Assembly: GCA_963829525.1 (NCBI GenBank)
Contig: CAWHIJ010000003.1
Coordinates: 1,888,001-1,952,000, forward strand
Length of the DNA stretch: 64,000 nucleotides
DNA from: an uncultured Actinomycetota bacterium
GTDB taxonomy: Bacteria > Actinomycetota > Actinomycetes > JAHEKZ01
Direction of reading: 5' to 3'
The notes under the pieces were generated by a model. That model was given only the letters and a program-made list of their open reading frames with translations, searched no databases and was not told where the DNA came from. The position numbers were made by a program, and so were the translations under genes. Of this stretch, positions 35,978 to 48,724 are shown piece by piece (the first letter of the stretch is position 1; the number at the start of each line of letters is the position of its first letter).

Positions 35978-38646
35978 TTACCCGGCAAGCGCTGCCCGCG
36001 CCGCGGCGAGCGCCTCAGCGACCCCAGCCGGATTGCTGCCCCCGCCCTGGGCCACGTCCTTCTTGCCGCCACCCCTGCCTTCTATCGCGGGCAGGCACGC
36101 AGCCAGCACGTCCCGCGCGGCGAGACCGGCCTCCTGCCCGGTCTCGTTGACGGCGGCAACGGCGGCAACCTTGCCATCGTCGAGACCGATAGCGCGAGCA
36201 CTACGGCGGCGCGTTCTTGTCCAGCCTTGCCGCGGGTGGCGAGCGCGAGGTCACGAAGCGCCACGCCGTCGAGATCGTCCGGAGCCTGGAAGGCGTAGAG
36301 GTCGACATCACCGACCCGATCGGAGGCTGTGGCGACGCCGGCCAGATCGGTGGCCAGTTGCGCTCGCTTGGCGGCTGCGATCTGCTTCTCGGCCTCGCGG
36401 AGTCGCTGGACGATCCCAGCGACCCGCTCGGGAAGCTCGTCTGCCGGCACCTTCAGCTGCTCGGTGAGCAACCCGACGAGGGTGTGCTCACGGGCCAGGA
36501 AGCGATAGGCGTCGATGCCGACCAGGGCCTCGATCCGCCGGACCCCAGCGCCAATGCTCGACTCGTGCAGCAGCTTGATGACGCCGAGCTGGCCGGTCCG
36601 ATGCGCGTGCGTGCCGCCGCAGAGCTCGCGCGTCCAGTCGCCGACGCTGACGACCCGCACGGTGTCGCCGTACTTCTCGCCGAACAGTGCCATGGCTCCG
36701 GCTGCTCGTGCCTCGTCGATCGGCATGAGCTCAGCGGTGACCGACAGGTCGTTGATCAGGACCTCGTTGACTTTGTGCTCGACGTCGGCAAGAACGGTGG
36801 CCGGACACCGCCCCGGAGTTCGGGAAGTCGAACCGGAACCGGCCAGGAGCGTTCTCCGAACCTGCCTGGGTCGCTGTCTCACCGACGAGCTCCCGCATGG
36901 CCTTGTGGACCATGTGCGTCGCGGTGTGCGCGCGGCTGATCGCCTGGCGGCGCTCGACGTCGATGCTGCCGACGACAGCGAGCCCAGCCTCCGCCGAGCC
37001 CTCGATGACCCGACCCCGATGGACGATGAGCCCCTCGACGGGCTGCTGGACGTCGTCGACCGCGATCAGCGCCCCGTTGGCCAGACGAACGGTGCCTCCG
37101 TCAGCGAGCTGACCGCCGCCTTCGGCGTAGAACGGCGTACGGTCGAGGACGATCTCGACGTCGTCACCGGGCTCTGCGGCCGCCACGACGGCACCGCCCC
37201 GCAGAGATTCCGCGCAGCACGCCTTCGCTCTCCAGCTCTGGTGTACCCGGTGAACTCGGACCGCCCAGCAACATCGGCAAGTGATCGGTAGGCGGCCCCG
37301 TCAACGTGACCGGTCTTCTTCGCCTTCGCGTCAGCCTTGGCCCGGTCACGCTGCTCGCCCATCAGCCGACGGAAGCCCTCTTCATCGACGACAAGTCCTT
37401 GTTCGGCCGCCATCTCGAGGGTGAGGTCGATCGGGAATCCGTAGGTGTCGTGCAGCCGGAACGCGGTGTCGCCCCCGACCGTTCCGCTTCCGGCTGCCTG
37501 CAGGTCGGCGGCCGCCAGATCGAAGATCTGAGTGCCGGTCCGCAGCGTCTGGGCGAAGGCCGCCTCTTCGGCCTCGGCGACGGTGAAGATTCGGCTTCGC
37601 TCGATCTCGAGCTCGGGGTACTGCGGTCCCATCGCCTCGATTGCCGTTGCAGTCAGCTCTCGAACCGTCGGGTCAGACGACCCCAGCAAGCGCATGCTGC
37701 GGATGACGCGCCGCATGATCCTGCGTAACACGTACCCACGGCCCTCATTGCCTGGCACGACCTGGTCACCGATCAGCATGAGCGCGGTACGTGTGTGGTC
37801 GGCGACCACACGGAACCGAACGTCGTCGTCGGGGTTGGCTCCGTATCGACGCCCGGTGAGCTCAGCTGCCCTGGCGATGATCGTCCGCATCGTGTCGATC
37901 TCGTAGATGTTCTCAACGCCTTGCAGCAGGGCAGCCATGCGTTCCAGGCCCATGCCGGTATCGATGTTCTTGGCCGGCAAATCACCTGAGATGTCGAAGT
38001 CGTCCTTGCGGCGCACCTCACTGAGCGCGTACTGCATGAAGACCAGGTTCCACACCTCGAGGTACCGCTCCTCATCGACGACAGGGCCACCTGCCCTGCC
38101 GTGCTCGGGGCCCCGGTCGAAGTAGATCTCTGAGCACGGGCCACCCGGACCAGGAACCCCCATGTGCCAGTAGTTGTCGTTGAGTCCGCGCCGCTGGATG
38201 CGGTCGAGCGGGATCCCTACGTCGCGGTGCCAGATCTCGGCCGCTTCGTCGTCGTCCTCGTACACGGTGACCCACATCCGGTCCTCGGCGAACCCGAACC
38301 CGCCATCCCCGGTGGAGTTGGTCAACAGCTCCCATGCCAAGGGAATCGCGCCCTCTTTGAAGTAGTCGCCGAAGGAGAAATTTCCCGCCATCTGAAAGAA
38401 CGAGCCATGGCGCGTCGTCTTTCCGACCTCGTCAATGTCCAGGGTGCGGACGCACTTCTGCACGCTGGTCGCCCGCGGGTACGGCGGCGTCTGCTCACCC
38501 AGGAAGAACGGTTTGAACGGGACCATGCCGGCGTTGACGAGCAGCAAAGTAGGGTCGGCAAGCGGTAGCGGAGCGGACGGGACGACGGTGTGACCCCGGG
38601 ACTCAAAGAAGCGCAAGAACCTGCTTCGGATCTCGGCGGACTCCAT
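35978..38646 (-). CDS. alaS: Alanine--tRNA ligase (several frameshifts in the 3' half)
   Basis: [54 protein letters not shown], distributed over ORFs 37066-39006, 36731-37186 and 36082-36882. Confidence 0.92.
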
Positions 38647-38714
38647 ACCGGGCGGCTCCTCGTGACGGACTGGTGATCGAATCTTCAGCCTATCGAAGGG
38701 GCTTGGTCGAACCT

Positions 38715-40057
38715 CTACTCCGCGGTGCCGCCCGTCGCAGAGTCGTCCAGGATCTGCTCGGATCCGCTCGAGCCTGCCGGTCACGGTCTGTTCGAAGCCG
38801 TGCTCGGTTGGTCGGTAGTAGCGTCGACCGACCACTTCGTCGGGTGCGTACTGCTGCTTCACGATTCCCCGCGGATCATCGTGGGGATATTGATACCCCT
38901 TCACCCCCAGATCCTTGGCGCCCGGGTAGTGACCGTCCCGAAGCGCCGTTGGCACTGACCCGATCACGCCCAGCTCGGATGTCGGCAATTGCCTCATCGA
39001 TGGCAACGATCACCGCGTTGGACTTCGGGGCCGTCGCCAGGTGAATCACTGCCTGCGCCAGCGGGATGCGTGCCTCTGGCAAGCCGACGAATGCGGAGGC
39101 GTCGAGTGCGGCCACGGCGGTCTGCAGCGCAGAGGGGTCGGCCATCCCGACGTCCTCACTGGCATGGATGACGAGCCTTCGGGCGATGAACCGGGGGTCC
39201 TCCCCTGCCTCGATCATCCGCGCCAGGTAGTGCAGTGCAGCATCGACGTCACTCCCTCGGATGCTCTTGATCAAGGCGCTTGTCACGTCGTAATGCTGAT
39301 CACCATCACGGTCGTACCGCACTGCCGCCTTGTCGACGGCGCGTGCGACGTCGTCGAGCCCGACGCGTCCGTCTCTGCTCTCGGCGCCAGCGGCGGCAGC
39401 ATCGAGAATGGTGAGCGCGCGGCGGGCGTCGCCCCCGGAGAGCCTGACGATGGCAGCGACCGCATCGTCATCGACACTGACGGCCCCGGCGAGTCCGCGG
39501 TCGTCCTCGACTGCCCGTCGCACCAGCGTCACGACGTCCTCCTCAGCAAGCGGTTGAAGAGTCACGAGCAACGAGCGCGACAGCAGCGGCGACACGATGG
39601 CGAAGTGCGGGTTCTCGGTGGTCGCGGCGATCAGTACGACCCATCCGTTCTCCACCGCCGGGAGCAGGGCGTCCTGCTGGGTCTTGGAGAATCGGTGGAC
39701 CTCGTCGACGAATAGAACCGTCTCAGGCTCGCCCATCCCGAGCCGCCGCCGCGCCTGGTCGACGACCGACCGGACGTCCTTGACCCCGGCGGTGACCGCT
39801 GACAGCTCGGCGAACTGGCGCCCGGTCGCACGGCTGACGAGGTGGGCGATGGTGGTCTTTCCCGTCCCAGGGGGTCCGAACAGGATCAACGAGACAGCGC
39901 GTTCGTCTCCTTCCACCAGACGTCGGAGTGGTGATCCTGGCGCCAGCAGGTGTTGCTGCCCCACCAGCTCATCGAGTGAGCGCGGTCGCATCCGAGCGGC
40001 GAGAGGGCCACCGCCGCGGTCGTCTGCTGCAGACTCGAAGAGGTCTGGACTTGTCAT
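38715..40057 (-). CDS. rarA: Replication-associated recombination protein A (AAA+), frameshifted near 38970 and 38757
   Basis: [36 protein letters not shown]; the C-terminal [10 protein letters not shown]...YPHD lies in the next frame. Confidence 0.9.
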
Positions 40058-40066
40058 GGGAGCAAC

Positions 40067-41809
40067 TCACACCTGCCCACTGGGCTCTGGGACGAAGTCC
40101 ACGCCGGCCTCAGCCCGCTGCGCATCGGTGATCGGCGTCGGCGCACCGGTCAGGGGATCACCACCGGATGCGGTCTTGGGGAAGGCGATCACCTCCCGGA
40201 TCGAGGAGGCTCCGGCGAGCAGAGCGACGAGGCGGTCGAGGCCGAAGGCGATGCCACCGTGCGGTGGCGGGCCGTAACGCAGGGCCTCCAACAGGAAGCC
40301 GAACTTGCCCTCCGCCTCTTCATGGGAGAGCCCGAGGACGTCGAAGACGCGTTGCTGGACATCAGTGCGGTGGATACGGATCGACCCACCGCCGATCTCG
40401 TTGCCGTTGAGCACCATGTCGTAGGCATATCCGAGGGCGTCCCCCGGCGCGAGGTCGAATGCGTCCTGCCACTCGGCGTTGGGTGCGGTGAAGGGGTGGT
40501 GGACCGACGTCCAGCCGCCATCTCCGTCCGGCTCGAAGAGCGGGGCGTCGACGATCCAGAGGAAGGCCCATGCCGACTCGTCAATGAGATCGCAACGGCG
40601 GCCGATCTCGAGGCGGGCGGCGCCGAGCAGCTCAAGGGAGGCCCGAGGCTCACCTGCCGCGAAGAAGATGGCGTCGCCCGGTGACGCCCCCACCGCCCCG
40701 ACCAACCCCGAGCGTTCGACCTCGGAGAGGTTCTTGGCTACCGGGCCACCGAGATCACCCTCCTGCCCCACGAGCACGTACGCAAGGCCACGGGCACCCC
40801 GGGCCTTGGCCCAGTCCTGCCAGGCATCGAGCTCTTTGCGGGTCTGCCCACCACCACCAGGCATCACCACCGCGCCGACGTGGGGCGCCTGAAAGACCCG
40901 GAAGGTGGTGTCGGCGAAGTACCGCGTCACATCGACCAGCTCGTTGCCGAAACGAACATCCGGCTTGTCACTGCCGTAGCGGGTCATCGCCTCGGCATGC
41001 GTCATTCGCGGGAGCGGCAGCGGGACCTCGTAGCCGTGGACCTCACGCCAAAGGCCGGCGACCACAGACTCGCCAACAGACATCACATCGTCCTGGTCGA
41101 CGAAGGACATCTCGATGTCGAGCTGAGTGAACTCCGGCTGCCGGTCGGCCCGGAAGTCCTCGTCGCGGAAGCACCGGACGATCTGGTAGTAGCGCTCCAT
41201 GCCGGCGACCATCAGCAGCTGCTTGAACAGCTGCGGTGACTGCGGTAACGCGTACCAGTGGCCCGGCTGCAGTCGCACGGGCACCAGGAAGTCGCGAGCA
41301 CCCTCTGGAGTCGACCTGGTCAGATAGGGGGTCTCGATCTCCAAGAAGCGCTGCTGATCCATCACCGACCGGATCACCTTGGTGGCGGCCGCCCGAAGTC
41401 GCAGCGCACGTCCGGGGCCTTCACGTCGCAGGTCCAGGTAGCGGTACCGCAGTCGGGCGTCCTCACCAACTGTGACGTGCTCGTCGATCGGGAACGGCAA
41501 CGGATCGCTGGCGCTGAGGATCTCGATCTCGGTGGTCAGCACCTCTACCTCCCCCGTCGGCAGCTCGGGATTTTCGTTGCCGACGGGGCGTCGAGCGACC
41601 TCACCGACCACCTTGAGGCAGTACTCCGATCGAAGCTCATCGGCGATCGCGGCATCCCGAATGACAACCTGCACCACTCCAGAAGCGTCCCGCAGGTCGA
41701 TGAAGGCGACGCCGCCGTGATCGCGTCGGCGGGCCACCCAGCCGGCGAGCACAACCTCCTGCTGCGCGTCCTGGACGCGCAGGGTGCCGGCTTCACGGGT
41801 TCGGATCAC
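40067..41809 (-). CDS. aspS: Aspartate--tRNA ligase, probably non-discriminating
   Basis: RRRDHGG (His typical of ND-AspRS), [27 protein letters not shown]. Confidence 0.95.
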   Translation of the reverse strand: MIRTREAGTLRVQDAQQEVVLAGWVARRRDHGGVAFIDLRDASGVVQVVIRDAAIADELRSEYCLKVVGEVARRPVGNENPELPTGEVEVLTTEIEILSASDPLPFPIDEHVTVGEDARLRYRYLDLRREGPGRALRLRAAATKVIRSVMDQQRFLEIETPYLTRSTPEGARDFLVPVRLQPGHWYALPQSPQLFKQLLMVAGMERYYQIVRCFRDEDFRADRQPEFTQLDIEMSFVDQDDVMSVGESVVAGLWREVHGYEVPLPLPRMTHAEAMTRYGSDKPDVRFGNELVDVTRYFADTTFRVFQAPHVGAVVMPGGGGQTRKELDAWQDWAKARGARGLAYVLVGQEGDLGGPVAKNLSEVERSGLVGAVGASPGDAIFFAAGEPRASLELLGAARLEIGRRCDLIDESAWAFLWIVDAPLFEPDGDGGWTSVHHPFTAPNAEWQDAFDLAPGDALGYAYDMVLNGNEIGGGSIRIHRTDVQQRVFDVLGLSHEEAEGKFGFLLEALRYGPPPHGGIAFGLDRLVALLAGASSIREVIAFPKTASGGDPLTGAPTPITDAQRAEAGVDFVPEPSGQV

Positions 41810-43239
41810 TGCGGGTACTCCTCGGTTCGGGACTGGGACAGTTTCTGGGACTGGACACCTGCTGGGACACCTGCGTGGGACGTCGGCGGGTTCGATGCTG
41901 CGCTCTCCATGGTGACGAACGGCACCAGGTCCTCCGGCGGCGGGTTCCACGTCGCCGGGTCCGCCTTCACCTGGTCACCGGAACGGATGTCCTTCACCGA
42001 GTGATCGACGCCCGGCGCTCCTGGGAACCACACGTACGGGATACCGCGGCGGTCAGCGTGCCGGATCTGCTTGCCGAACTTGGCGGCCGAGGGAGCCACC
42101 TCGCTGCTGATGCCGCGTGACCGCAGCGCGTCAGCTACCAGCTCGGACACCACACGCTCACCCTCGTCGCTGACCGCGACCAGGACACAGGTGGGCACGG
42201 ACCGGGAGGCGCCAACCACCCCGGTAGCGAGCAACGGCACGAGCAGCCGAGAGACACCGAGGGATATCCCGACGCCTGGGAAGGTGACGCGACCGTCACT
42301 GGCAAGAGCGTCATAGCGACCACCGGAACAGATCGACCCCAATGACTCGTAGCCGACAAGCTCTGTCTCGAAGACCGTCCCGGTGTAGTAGTCGAGGCCC
42401 CGAGCGATCTTCAGGTCGGCAACGACTGCACCGGGGCGTCGAGCGTTGGCAGCTGTGACGACGGCCACCAGCTCGTCGAGCCCTTCGGCCAGAAGTGGGT
42501 GCTCGACGCCCAGCGCGCGGACCCGGTCACCGACGGTGGCGTCGGTCCCGGTGATCTGGGCCAGCAGCAGGCAGAGCTCGGCCCCCGCCGAATCCAAGCC
42601 CGCCTCCTCCACCAGCAAGGCGGACACTCGCTCGCGGCCGACCTTGTCCAGCTTGTCCAGCGCGCGCAGTGCGGCATCGGGATCGGATGCGCCAGCACCG
42701 CGGAAGAAGCCCTCGGCGAGCTTGCGGTTGTTGACCTTGATCACGGTGGCGGGGATCGGCAAGGCGGCAAAGACCTCAGCCATCACGAGGGCAATCTCGA
42801 CCTCGTGGTGGAACGCCAATGTGTCGCGGCCAACGATATCGATATCGGCTTGGGTGAACTCCCGGTAACGACCCTCCTGCGGACGCTCCCCCCGCCACAC
42901 CTTCTGAATCTGGTAGCGACGAAACGGGAATTCGAGGTGGCCAGCGTTCTGCAGCACGTACCGGGCGAACGGAACAGTGAGGTCGAAGTGAAGTCCTAGC
43001 TGGTCCCCTTGCACTCCGGCGTCGTCCTCCACGGCCTGCAGTCTGCGCAGGACGTACACCTCTTTGTCGATCTCGCCTTTGCGGAGCAGCTGATCGAGCG
43101 GCTCGACCGCTCGGGTCTCCAACGAGGCGAAGCCGTGCAACTCAAAGATCTGTCGGACGGTGTCAAGAACGTGCTGCTCGACGATGCGTTGCCCGGGAAG
43201 GAACTCCGGAAACCCAGAGATCGGGGAGATCTTCGGCAT
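41806..43239 (-). CDS. hisS: Histidine--tRNA ligase
   Basis: [38 protein letters not shown]. Confidence 0.95.
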   Translation of the reverse strand: MPKISPISGFPEFLPGQRIVEQHVLDTVRQIFELHGFASLETRAVEPLDQLLRKGEIDKEVYVLRRLQAVEDDAGVQGDQLGLHFDLTVPFARYVLQNAGHLEFPFRRYQIQKVWRGERPQEGRYREFTQADIDIVGRDTLAFHHEVEIALVMAEVFAALPIPATVIKVNNRKLAEGFFRGAGASDPDAALRALDKLDKVGRERVSALLVEEAGLDSAGAELCLLLAQITGTDATVGDRVRALGVEHPLLAEGLDELVAVVTAANARRPGAVVADLKIARGLDYYTGTVFETELVGYESLGSICSGGRYDALASDGRVTFPGVGISLGVSRLLVPLLATGVVGASRSVPTCVLVAVSDEGERVVSELVADALRSRGISSEVAPSAAKFGKQIRHADRRGIPYVWFPGAPGVDHSVKDIRSGDQVKADPATWNPPPEDLVPFVTMESAASNPPTSHAGVPAGVQSQKLSQSRTEEYPQ

Positions 43240-43243
43240 CGAG

Positions 43244-43984
43244 CTACAACCCTCTCCTCGGCGCGCTGACTGGTTCACCGGAGCGGCTCGGATCAAGGAG
43301 TGCACCGAGGTATGGGTTGGCTGCCCGCTCGCGCCCCACTGTCGTGGCGCCACCGTGTCCGGGAAGCACGAGAACATCGTCATCAAGCGGAAGCACCTTG
43401 TCACGAAGCGAGGCAAGCATCTGCTCGTGGGAGCCCCCAGGAAGGTCAGTACGGCCGATCGAACCGGCGAAGAGGACGTCACCGGACAGCACGGTCTGTG
43501 TTGGCGCCTCATCCAGACCGCTCACCGCTGTCGGAGCACCGGGTAACCGGAACATCACCGAACCTGGCGTGTGACCCGGAGCGTGGTCGACGGCGACCTC
43601 CAGTCCGGCGAGCGTCATCAGGGCGCCGTCTTCCAGCAACGCGACGTCGTCGGGCTCTTGCCACTGCAGGCGGCCACCGAACATCTGCGCCGTCTCGCGC
43701 GCCATGCCCTTCATTGGGTCGACCAACAGCTCGCGGTCTGCCGGATGGATGTACGCGGGTATGCCCCGTGAGCCAGCCACCGGGACAACCGAGAACGTGT
43801 GGTCGAGGTGACCGTGGGTCAGCAGCACGGCCACCGGCTTGAGCTGGTGCAGCCGTAGCAGTTCATCGAGCTCGGGGACGACCTCCATACCCGGGTCGAC
43901 CACGATGCATTCTGCACCGGGTCCTGGCGCCACCACGTAGACGTTCGTTGCGAACACCGCAGACGGAAAGCCGGCGACGAGCAC
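43244..43984 (-). CDS. MBL-fold metallo-hydrolase (glyoxalase II-like)
   Basis: THGHLDH, PGHTPGS, SGDVLF, PGHG; GAGGAGG SD before GTG 43984. Confidence 0.9.
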   Translation of the reverse strand: MLVAGFPSAVFATNVYVVAPGPGAECIVVDPGMEVVPELDELLRLHQLKPVAVLLTHGHLDHTFSVVPVAGSRGIPAYIHPADRELLVDPMKGMARETAQMFGGRLQWQEPDDVALLEDGALMTLAGLEVAVDHAPGHTPGSVMFRLPGAPTAVSGLDEAPTQTVLSGDVLFAGSIGRTDLPGGSHEQMLASLRDKVLPLDDDVLVLPGHGGATTVGRERAANPYLGALLDPSRSGEPVSAPRRGL

Positions 43985-44196
43985 AGATCTTCCTCCTCGA
44001 GGCGTTAGCGCAGACTCGGTCATGATGTTGGCCGCGCTGTTGGACGGAGATGGCGGCACACGCGCAGGCGTCTCAGCCTATCGGTCACCCCGTCACCATC
44101 AGTGGCTCTCCTTACCTACACTGGTGCGTCGCACGGTCAGCACCCGCCTGGCCGGCAGCCCGAGAGGCTCACGAGCGGGCCAAGAGAGGTTTGTCG

Positions 44197-44952
44197 GTGG
44201 CCACACAACAGCAGCGCAAGGCCAAGGCGCGCGCCAGGTACGAGGCCTACGTCGAGCGGCAGCAGGCCAAAGCCGACAAGCGCCACCGGCGCCGCCTGGT
44301 CGGAGCAGCGGTGGCTGGGGTGGCCCTCGTCATGGCTGGCGGTTGGTTCTTGTGGTGGTCGACATCTGACGACGAGCCCGCTCAAACCGCCACCACTGAA
44401 GACTTCACCTACGAGAAGGCGGGCAACACCCTGCCCAAAGGCGCCCCCGCCGAACTTGTGCTCGACACCGACCAAGGCCCCATCACGATCGCTCTCGACA
44501 CCGAGAAGGCGCCGAACAACTCCAACTCACTGGCGTTCCTTGCAGGGCAGGGCTACTTCGACAACACCACCTGTCACCGACTCACCACCGACGGGCTCTA
44601 CGTGCTGCAGTGCGGTGACCGAACCGGAACGGGTTCAGGCACTCCTGGCTACACGACCGCTGACGAGAACCTGCCCAAGGCCGACAAGACGGGCCTGGCG
44701 ACGTACCCTCGCGGCAGCGTGGCGATGGCCGAACCCAGCGGCGGCGAGGCGGGCAGCCAGTTTTTCCTCGTGTACAAGGACAGCCAGCTGCCCCCTGACT
44801 ACACCATCGTCGGTCAGATGACCAAGGGGCTGGATGTGGTCGACCAGGTGGCGAAGACCGGCGTCTCCCCCGACGCTCCCGACCCGACCGATGGTCCACC
44901 GGCCGACCCGATCACCATTACGGCCGCACGGGTGCAGCAGGAGAAGCCATGA
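44197..44952 (+). CDS. ppiB: Membrane-anchored cyclophilin-type peptidyl-prolyl isomerase
   Basis: CHRLTT, LQCGD, YPRGSVAMA, GSQFFLVY; N-terminal TM helix. Confidence 0.85.
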   Translation: MATQQQRKAKARARYEAYVERQQAKADKRHRRRLVGAAVAGVALVMAGGWFLWWSTSDDEPAQTATTEDFTYEKAGNTLPKGAPAELVLDTDQGPITIALDTEKAPNNSNSLAFLAGQGYFDNTTCHRLTTDGLYVLQCGDRTGTGSGTPGYTTADENLPKADKTGLATYPRGSVAMAEPSGGEAGSQFFLVYKDSQLPPDYTIVGQMTKGLDVVDQVAKTGVSPDAPDPTDGPPADPITITAARVQQEKP

Positions 44953-46352
44953 ACGAGCACCCTCCGGGCCAGCCCACCCCGGAAGCTCCCCCGCAAACGA
45001 CGCCACCGGCGACTCCGGAAGTGGGTCAGCGGGCAGCTCCGCACGCGACCCCGCGTCCTGGACCCATCCCGAGGCCCGGGCCACCTCCGGGCGTCACAGC
45101 TGTCGTCGGTACCCCCTCCAGCCAGCCTTGGGGCCGCGTTGACGAGGCCGGCGCCGTGTACGTCCGTACGCCAGACGGACCCGATGATGAGGTGAAGGTG
45201 GGCGAGTGGCTAGCTGGCGATCCAGCCGACGGTCTCCGATTCTACGAGCGTAAGTACGCCTCACTCGGGGTCGAGATCGACCTGCTGGAGCACCGCCTCG
45301 GTGATGCCGGCCTTGCGCCGGATGAGGCGATGGCGCTGATCGGCAAGCTGCGCGACCAGGTCGACCGCCCCCACTGCGTCGGAGACCTCGCCGCCCTTCG
45401 CTCTCGACTTGACGGACTCGTAGCAACGGTCGACGCCCAGCGTGGCGCCCGCAGGGCAGAGCGTGCCGCAGCCCGAGAGCAGGCTCGCGCCCGGCGCGAA
45501 GCCCTGGTGACCGAGGCTGAGAAGCTGGCCGAAAGCACGCAGTGGAAGCCCGCAGGTGATCGGTTCCGCCTCCTGATCGAGGAATGGCGGGCTGCACCGC
45601 ATGCCGAGCGCGCCTTCGAACAAGAGCTCTGGAAGCGGATCAGCCACGCCAGAAGCACGTTCGAGAAGCGACGCCGTGCGTGGTTCGCCACTCGCGACGC
45701 CGAACGCACCGAAGCCGTGGCCGTCAAGGAGAAGATCGTCAAGGAGGCCGAGGCCCTGGCCACCAGCAAAGACTGGGGGCCGACCTCGACCGCTTTCCGA
45801 TCACTGATGCAGCGCTGGAAGAGCGCAGGACCGGCGACTCGCGAAGCCGAACAGGAACTCTGGACCCGCTTCAAGGCGGCTCAAGACACCTTCTTCAGCG
45901 CCCGTTCGGCCGTCTTCGACGAGCGCGACGCCGAACAGCAGCAGAACCTCGTCAAGAAGCAACAGCTCGCCGATGAGGCCGAGAAGCTGCTGCCCATCAG
46001 TGATCTCAACGCCGCACGCACCTCCCTACGCAGCATCCAAGATCGTTGGGCCCAGATCGGCCACGTCCCTCGGGCCGACAAGCCGGCCGTCGAGCGACGA
46101 CTGCATCAGGTTGAACAGGCCATGCGCTCGGCCGAGGAGACCAAGTGGAAGCGGTCCAACCCGGAGGCCCGCGCTCGCGCAGCTGCGACCGTCGAGCAGC
46201 TCACCAAATCCATCGCCAAGCTCGAGAAGCAACGCGAGGCTGCTACCAGTGCGGGTAAGTCCGGTGACGCCGAGAAGGCCGAGGCTGCCATTGCCGCCCG
46301 CAGAGAGTGGCTGGTCCAAGCCGAGAACACCCTGCGCGAGTTCAGCGACTGA
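44949..46352 (+). CDS. DUF349 domain protein
   Basis: WGRVDEAGAVYVRT and repeated W...LW.RF..A...FF units; usual position next to rel. Confidence 0.85.
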   Translation: MNEHPPGQPTPEAPPQTTPPATPEVGQRAAPHATPRPGPIPRPGPPPGVTAVVGTPSSQPWGRVDEAGAVYVRTPDGPDDEVKVGEWLAGDPADGLRFYERKYASLGVEIDLLEHRLGDAGLAPDEAMALIGKLRDQVDRPHCVGDLAALRSRLDGLVATVDAQRGARRAERAAAREQARARREALVTEAEKLAESTQWKPAGDRFRLLIEEWRAAPHAERAFEQELWKRISHARSTFEKRRRAWFATRDAERTEAVAVKEKIVKEAEALATSKDWGPTSTAFRSLMQRWKSAGPATREAEQELWTRFKAAQDTFFSARSAVFDERDAEQQQNLVKKQQLADEAEKLLPISDLNAARTSLRSIQDRWAQIGHVPRADKPAVERRLHQVEQAMRSAEETKWKRSNPEARARAAATVEQLTKSIAKLEKQREAATSAGKSGDAEKAEAAIAARREWLVQAENTLREFSD

Positions 46353-46359
46353 GTGTCCG

Positions 46360-48663
46360 TCAGGCGCTGGTGAGCCGGTAGACGTCGAAAACGCCTTCGA
46401 TACCGCGAACAGCGCTCAGCACATGACCGAGGTGGCGGGTATCGCCCATCTCGAAGGTGAATCGCGACGTCGCAACGCGGTCGCGCGTCGTCGTCACCGT
46501 GGCGCTGAGAATGTTGACGTGCTGGTCCGAAAGCACCCGAGTGACGTCAGAGAGTAACCGTGCACGGTCGAGAGCCTCCACCTGGATGGAGACCAAGAAG
46601 ACGCTCGATGCCGTAGGTGCCCACTCGACGTCAACGAACCGGTTCTCGGCGAGCGCGGTGACGTTGACGCAGTTGCTTCGGTGCACCGAGACACCGCGCG
46701 CTCTTGTGACGAAGCCAACTATGGAGTCACCCGGAACCGGCGTACAGCATCGGGCGAGCTTGACCCACACATCGTCGACTCCTTTGACCACGACACCGGG
46801 GTCTTCTCCCGTGCGCACTCGAGCCGGCTTGGTCGCCACCGTCGCCTCGGCGATGTCTTCGGTGGCTCCTTCCTCACCACCCAGGACCACCACAAGCCGC
46901 CGCAGAACCGTCTGCGCGCTGACGTGCCCTTCACCGACCGCGGCGTAAAGCGAGTCGATGTCCTTAAGGCGCATGTCTGCGGTGACGGACAACAACGCTG
47001 GTCCGCTCAGGATCCGCTGCATCGGCAAGCCCTGTTTCCGCATCGCCCTGGTGATCGCGTCCTTGCCGTGCTCGATCGCCTCTTCGCGGCGCTCCTTGGA
47101 GAACCACGCGCGGATCTTGTTCCTGGCCCGCGGGGACTGCACGAAGCCGAGCCAGTCCTGGCTGGGTCCGGCATCTTGCGCCTTGGACGTGATGACCTCG
47201 ATGACGTCCCCGTTCTCCAAGACCGAGTCCAGGGGCACGAGGCGGCCGTTGACACGGGCACCCACCGTACGGTGCCCCACCTCTGTGTGGACCGCGTAGG
47301 CGAAGTCGACCGGTGTTGCACCCGTCACCAGCGCCACGACGTCACCTTTGGGTGTGAAGACGAAGACTTCGGTGCCGCTGATCTCAAAACGCAGTGAGTC
47401 CAGGAACTCTCCTGGGTCGCTGGTCTCTTGCTGCCAGTCGAGCAACTGACGTAGCCACGTCATGTCGTCCTGAGCGCCGGACGCGCCAGCACTTTCCTTG
47501 TATTTCCAGTGAGCGGCGACGCCGTACTCTGCACGCCGGTGCATGGAGTGCGTTCGAATCTGCAGCTCGACCGGCTTGCCGCCAGGACCGATCACTGTGG
47601 TGTGCAGAGACTGATACATGTTGAACTTGGGCATGGCGATGTAATCCTTGAAGCGTCCGGGCACCGGGTTCCATCGCGCATGGATGACGCCCAACGCCGC
47701 GTAGCAGTCGCGGACCGAATCGACCAGAACACGAAGACCAACCAGGTCGTAGATGTCGCCGAAGTCGCGACCTCGAACAATCATCTTCTGGTAGACGCTG
47801 TAGTAGTGCTTGGGCCGCCCGGTCACGGTTCCGTCGATCCGGGCCTCATGCAGGGCTTGGTCGACATCGTGAATGACGTCCGACAGGAACTGGTCGCGGC
47901 TCGGCGCCCGCCGCTCCACAAGGCTGACGATCTCTTCGTAGACCTTCGGGTAGAGCGTGGCAAACGAAAGGTCTTCCAGCTCCCACTTGATCGCGTTCAT
48001 CCCCAGGCGGTGTGCCAGGGGCGCATAGATCTCAAGCGTCTCTCGGGCTTTGCTCTGCTGTTTGGCCTCTGGCAGATAGCGAATGGTGCGCATATTGTGC
48101 AACCGATCGCAGAGCTTGATCACGAGAACGCGGATGTCGCGGGCCATTGCGACGACCATCTTGCGTGTGGTCTCGGCCTGTGCCGCCTGGCCGTACTTGA
48201 CCTTGTCGAGCTTGGTGACACCGTCGACGAGCAGAGCGATCTCATCTCCGAAGTCCGAGCGCAGGTCGTCGAGCGAGTAGTCGGTGTCCTCCACCGTGTC
48301 GTGCAGCAGCCCAGCACAGAGCGTTGGCGGCGTCATCCCCAGGTCAGCAAGAATCTGCGTCACGGCCAGTGGATGGGTGATGTAGGGCTCACCGCTACGC
48401 CGCAGCTGGGTGCGGTGCTTCTCCTCGGCGACCTCGTACGCGCGCTCGATGACTTTGAGGTCTGCCTTGGGGTGGACCGCCCGCACTGACCGGAAGACGG
48501 GCTCAAGCTCTGGATAGTTCGTTCGGTGTCCTCCACCGAGGCGAGCCAGAGCGGCACGCACGCGCGTCTGTGGCTGGTCCTGGGCGGGCGTCGCGGCGCG
48601 CTCAGTTCGTACCGCGGCGCCTTCCGACTCGTCCGTCACCGTCACCCGCCCGCCATCAACCAC
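46360..48663 (-). CDS. relA: Bifunctional (p)ppGpp synthetase/hydrolase Rel
   Basis: [16 protein letters not shown] hydrolase motif, RFKDY synthetase motif, TGS (FTPKG) and ACT domains; start uncertain. Confidence 0.95.
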   Translation of the reverse strand: MVDGGRVTVTDESEGAAVRTERAATPAQDQPQTRVRAALARLGGGHRTNYPELEPVFRSVRAVHPKADLKVIERAYEVAEEKHRTQLRRSGEPYITHPLAVTQILADLGMTPPTLCAGLLHDTVEDTDYSLDDLRSDFGDEIALLVDGVTKLDKVKYGQAAQAETTRKMVVAMARDIRVLVIKLCDRLHNMRTIRYLPEAKQQSKARETLEIYAPLAHRLGMNAIKWELEDLSFATLYPKVYEEIVSLVERRAPSRDQFLSDVIHDVDQALHEARIDGTVTGRPKHYYSVYQKMIVRGRDFGDIYDLVGLRVLVDSVRDCYAALGVIHARWNPVPGRFKDYIAMPKFNMYQSLHTTVIGPGGKPVELQIRTHSMHRRAEYGVAAHWKYKESAGASGAQDDMTWLRQLLDWQQETSDPGEFLDSLRFEISGTEVFVFTPKGDVVALVTGATPVDFAYAVHTEVGHRTVGARVNGRLVPLDSVLENGDVIEVITSKAQDAGPSQDWLGFVQSPRARNKIRAWFSKERREEAIEHGKDAITRAMRKQGLPMQRILSGPALLSVTADMRLKDIDSLYAAVGEGHVSAQTVLRRLVVVLGGEEGATEDIAEATVATKPARVRTGEDPGVVVKGVDDVWVKLARCCTPVPGDSIVGFVTRARGVSVHRSNCVNVTALAENRFVDVEWAPTASSVFLVSIQVEALDRARLLSDVTRVLSDQHVNILSATVTTTRDRVATSRFTFEMGDTRHLGHVLSAVRGIEGVFDVYRLTSA

Positions 48664-48724
48664 CTGCTGTTGTCCGAAGGCCTATTCTAACGCTGAGTGG
48701 TGAGTCGATCGCACTGACGACCCG

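Noticed and set aside
37066-39006. ORF joining the RarA C-terminus to AlaRS
   Set aside because: Produced by frameshifts in rarA. alaS has its own ATG at 38646 with an upstream GAGGAG.
41830-41880. Short CTGGGAC/GGACACCTGC repeats in the hisS 3' extension
   Set aside because: A few degenerate copies in a low-complexity tail; no evidence of function.
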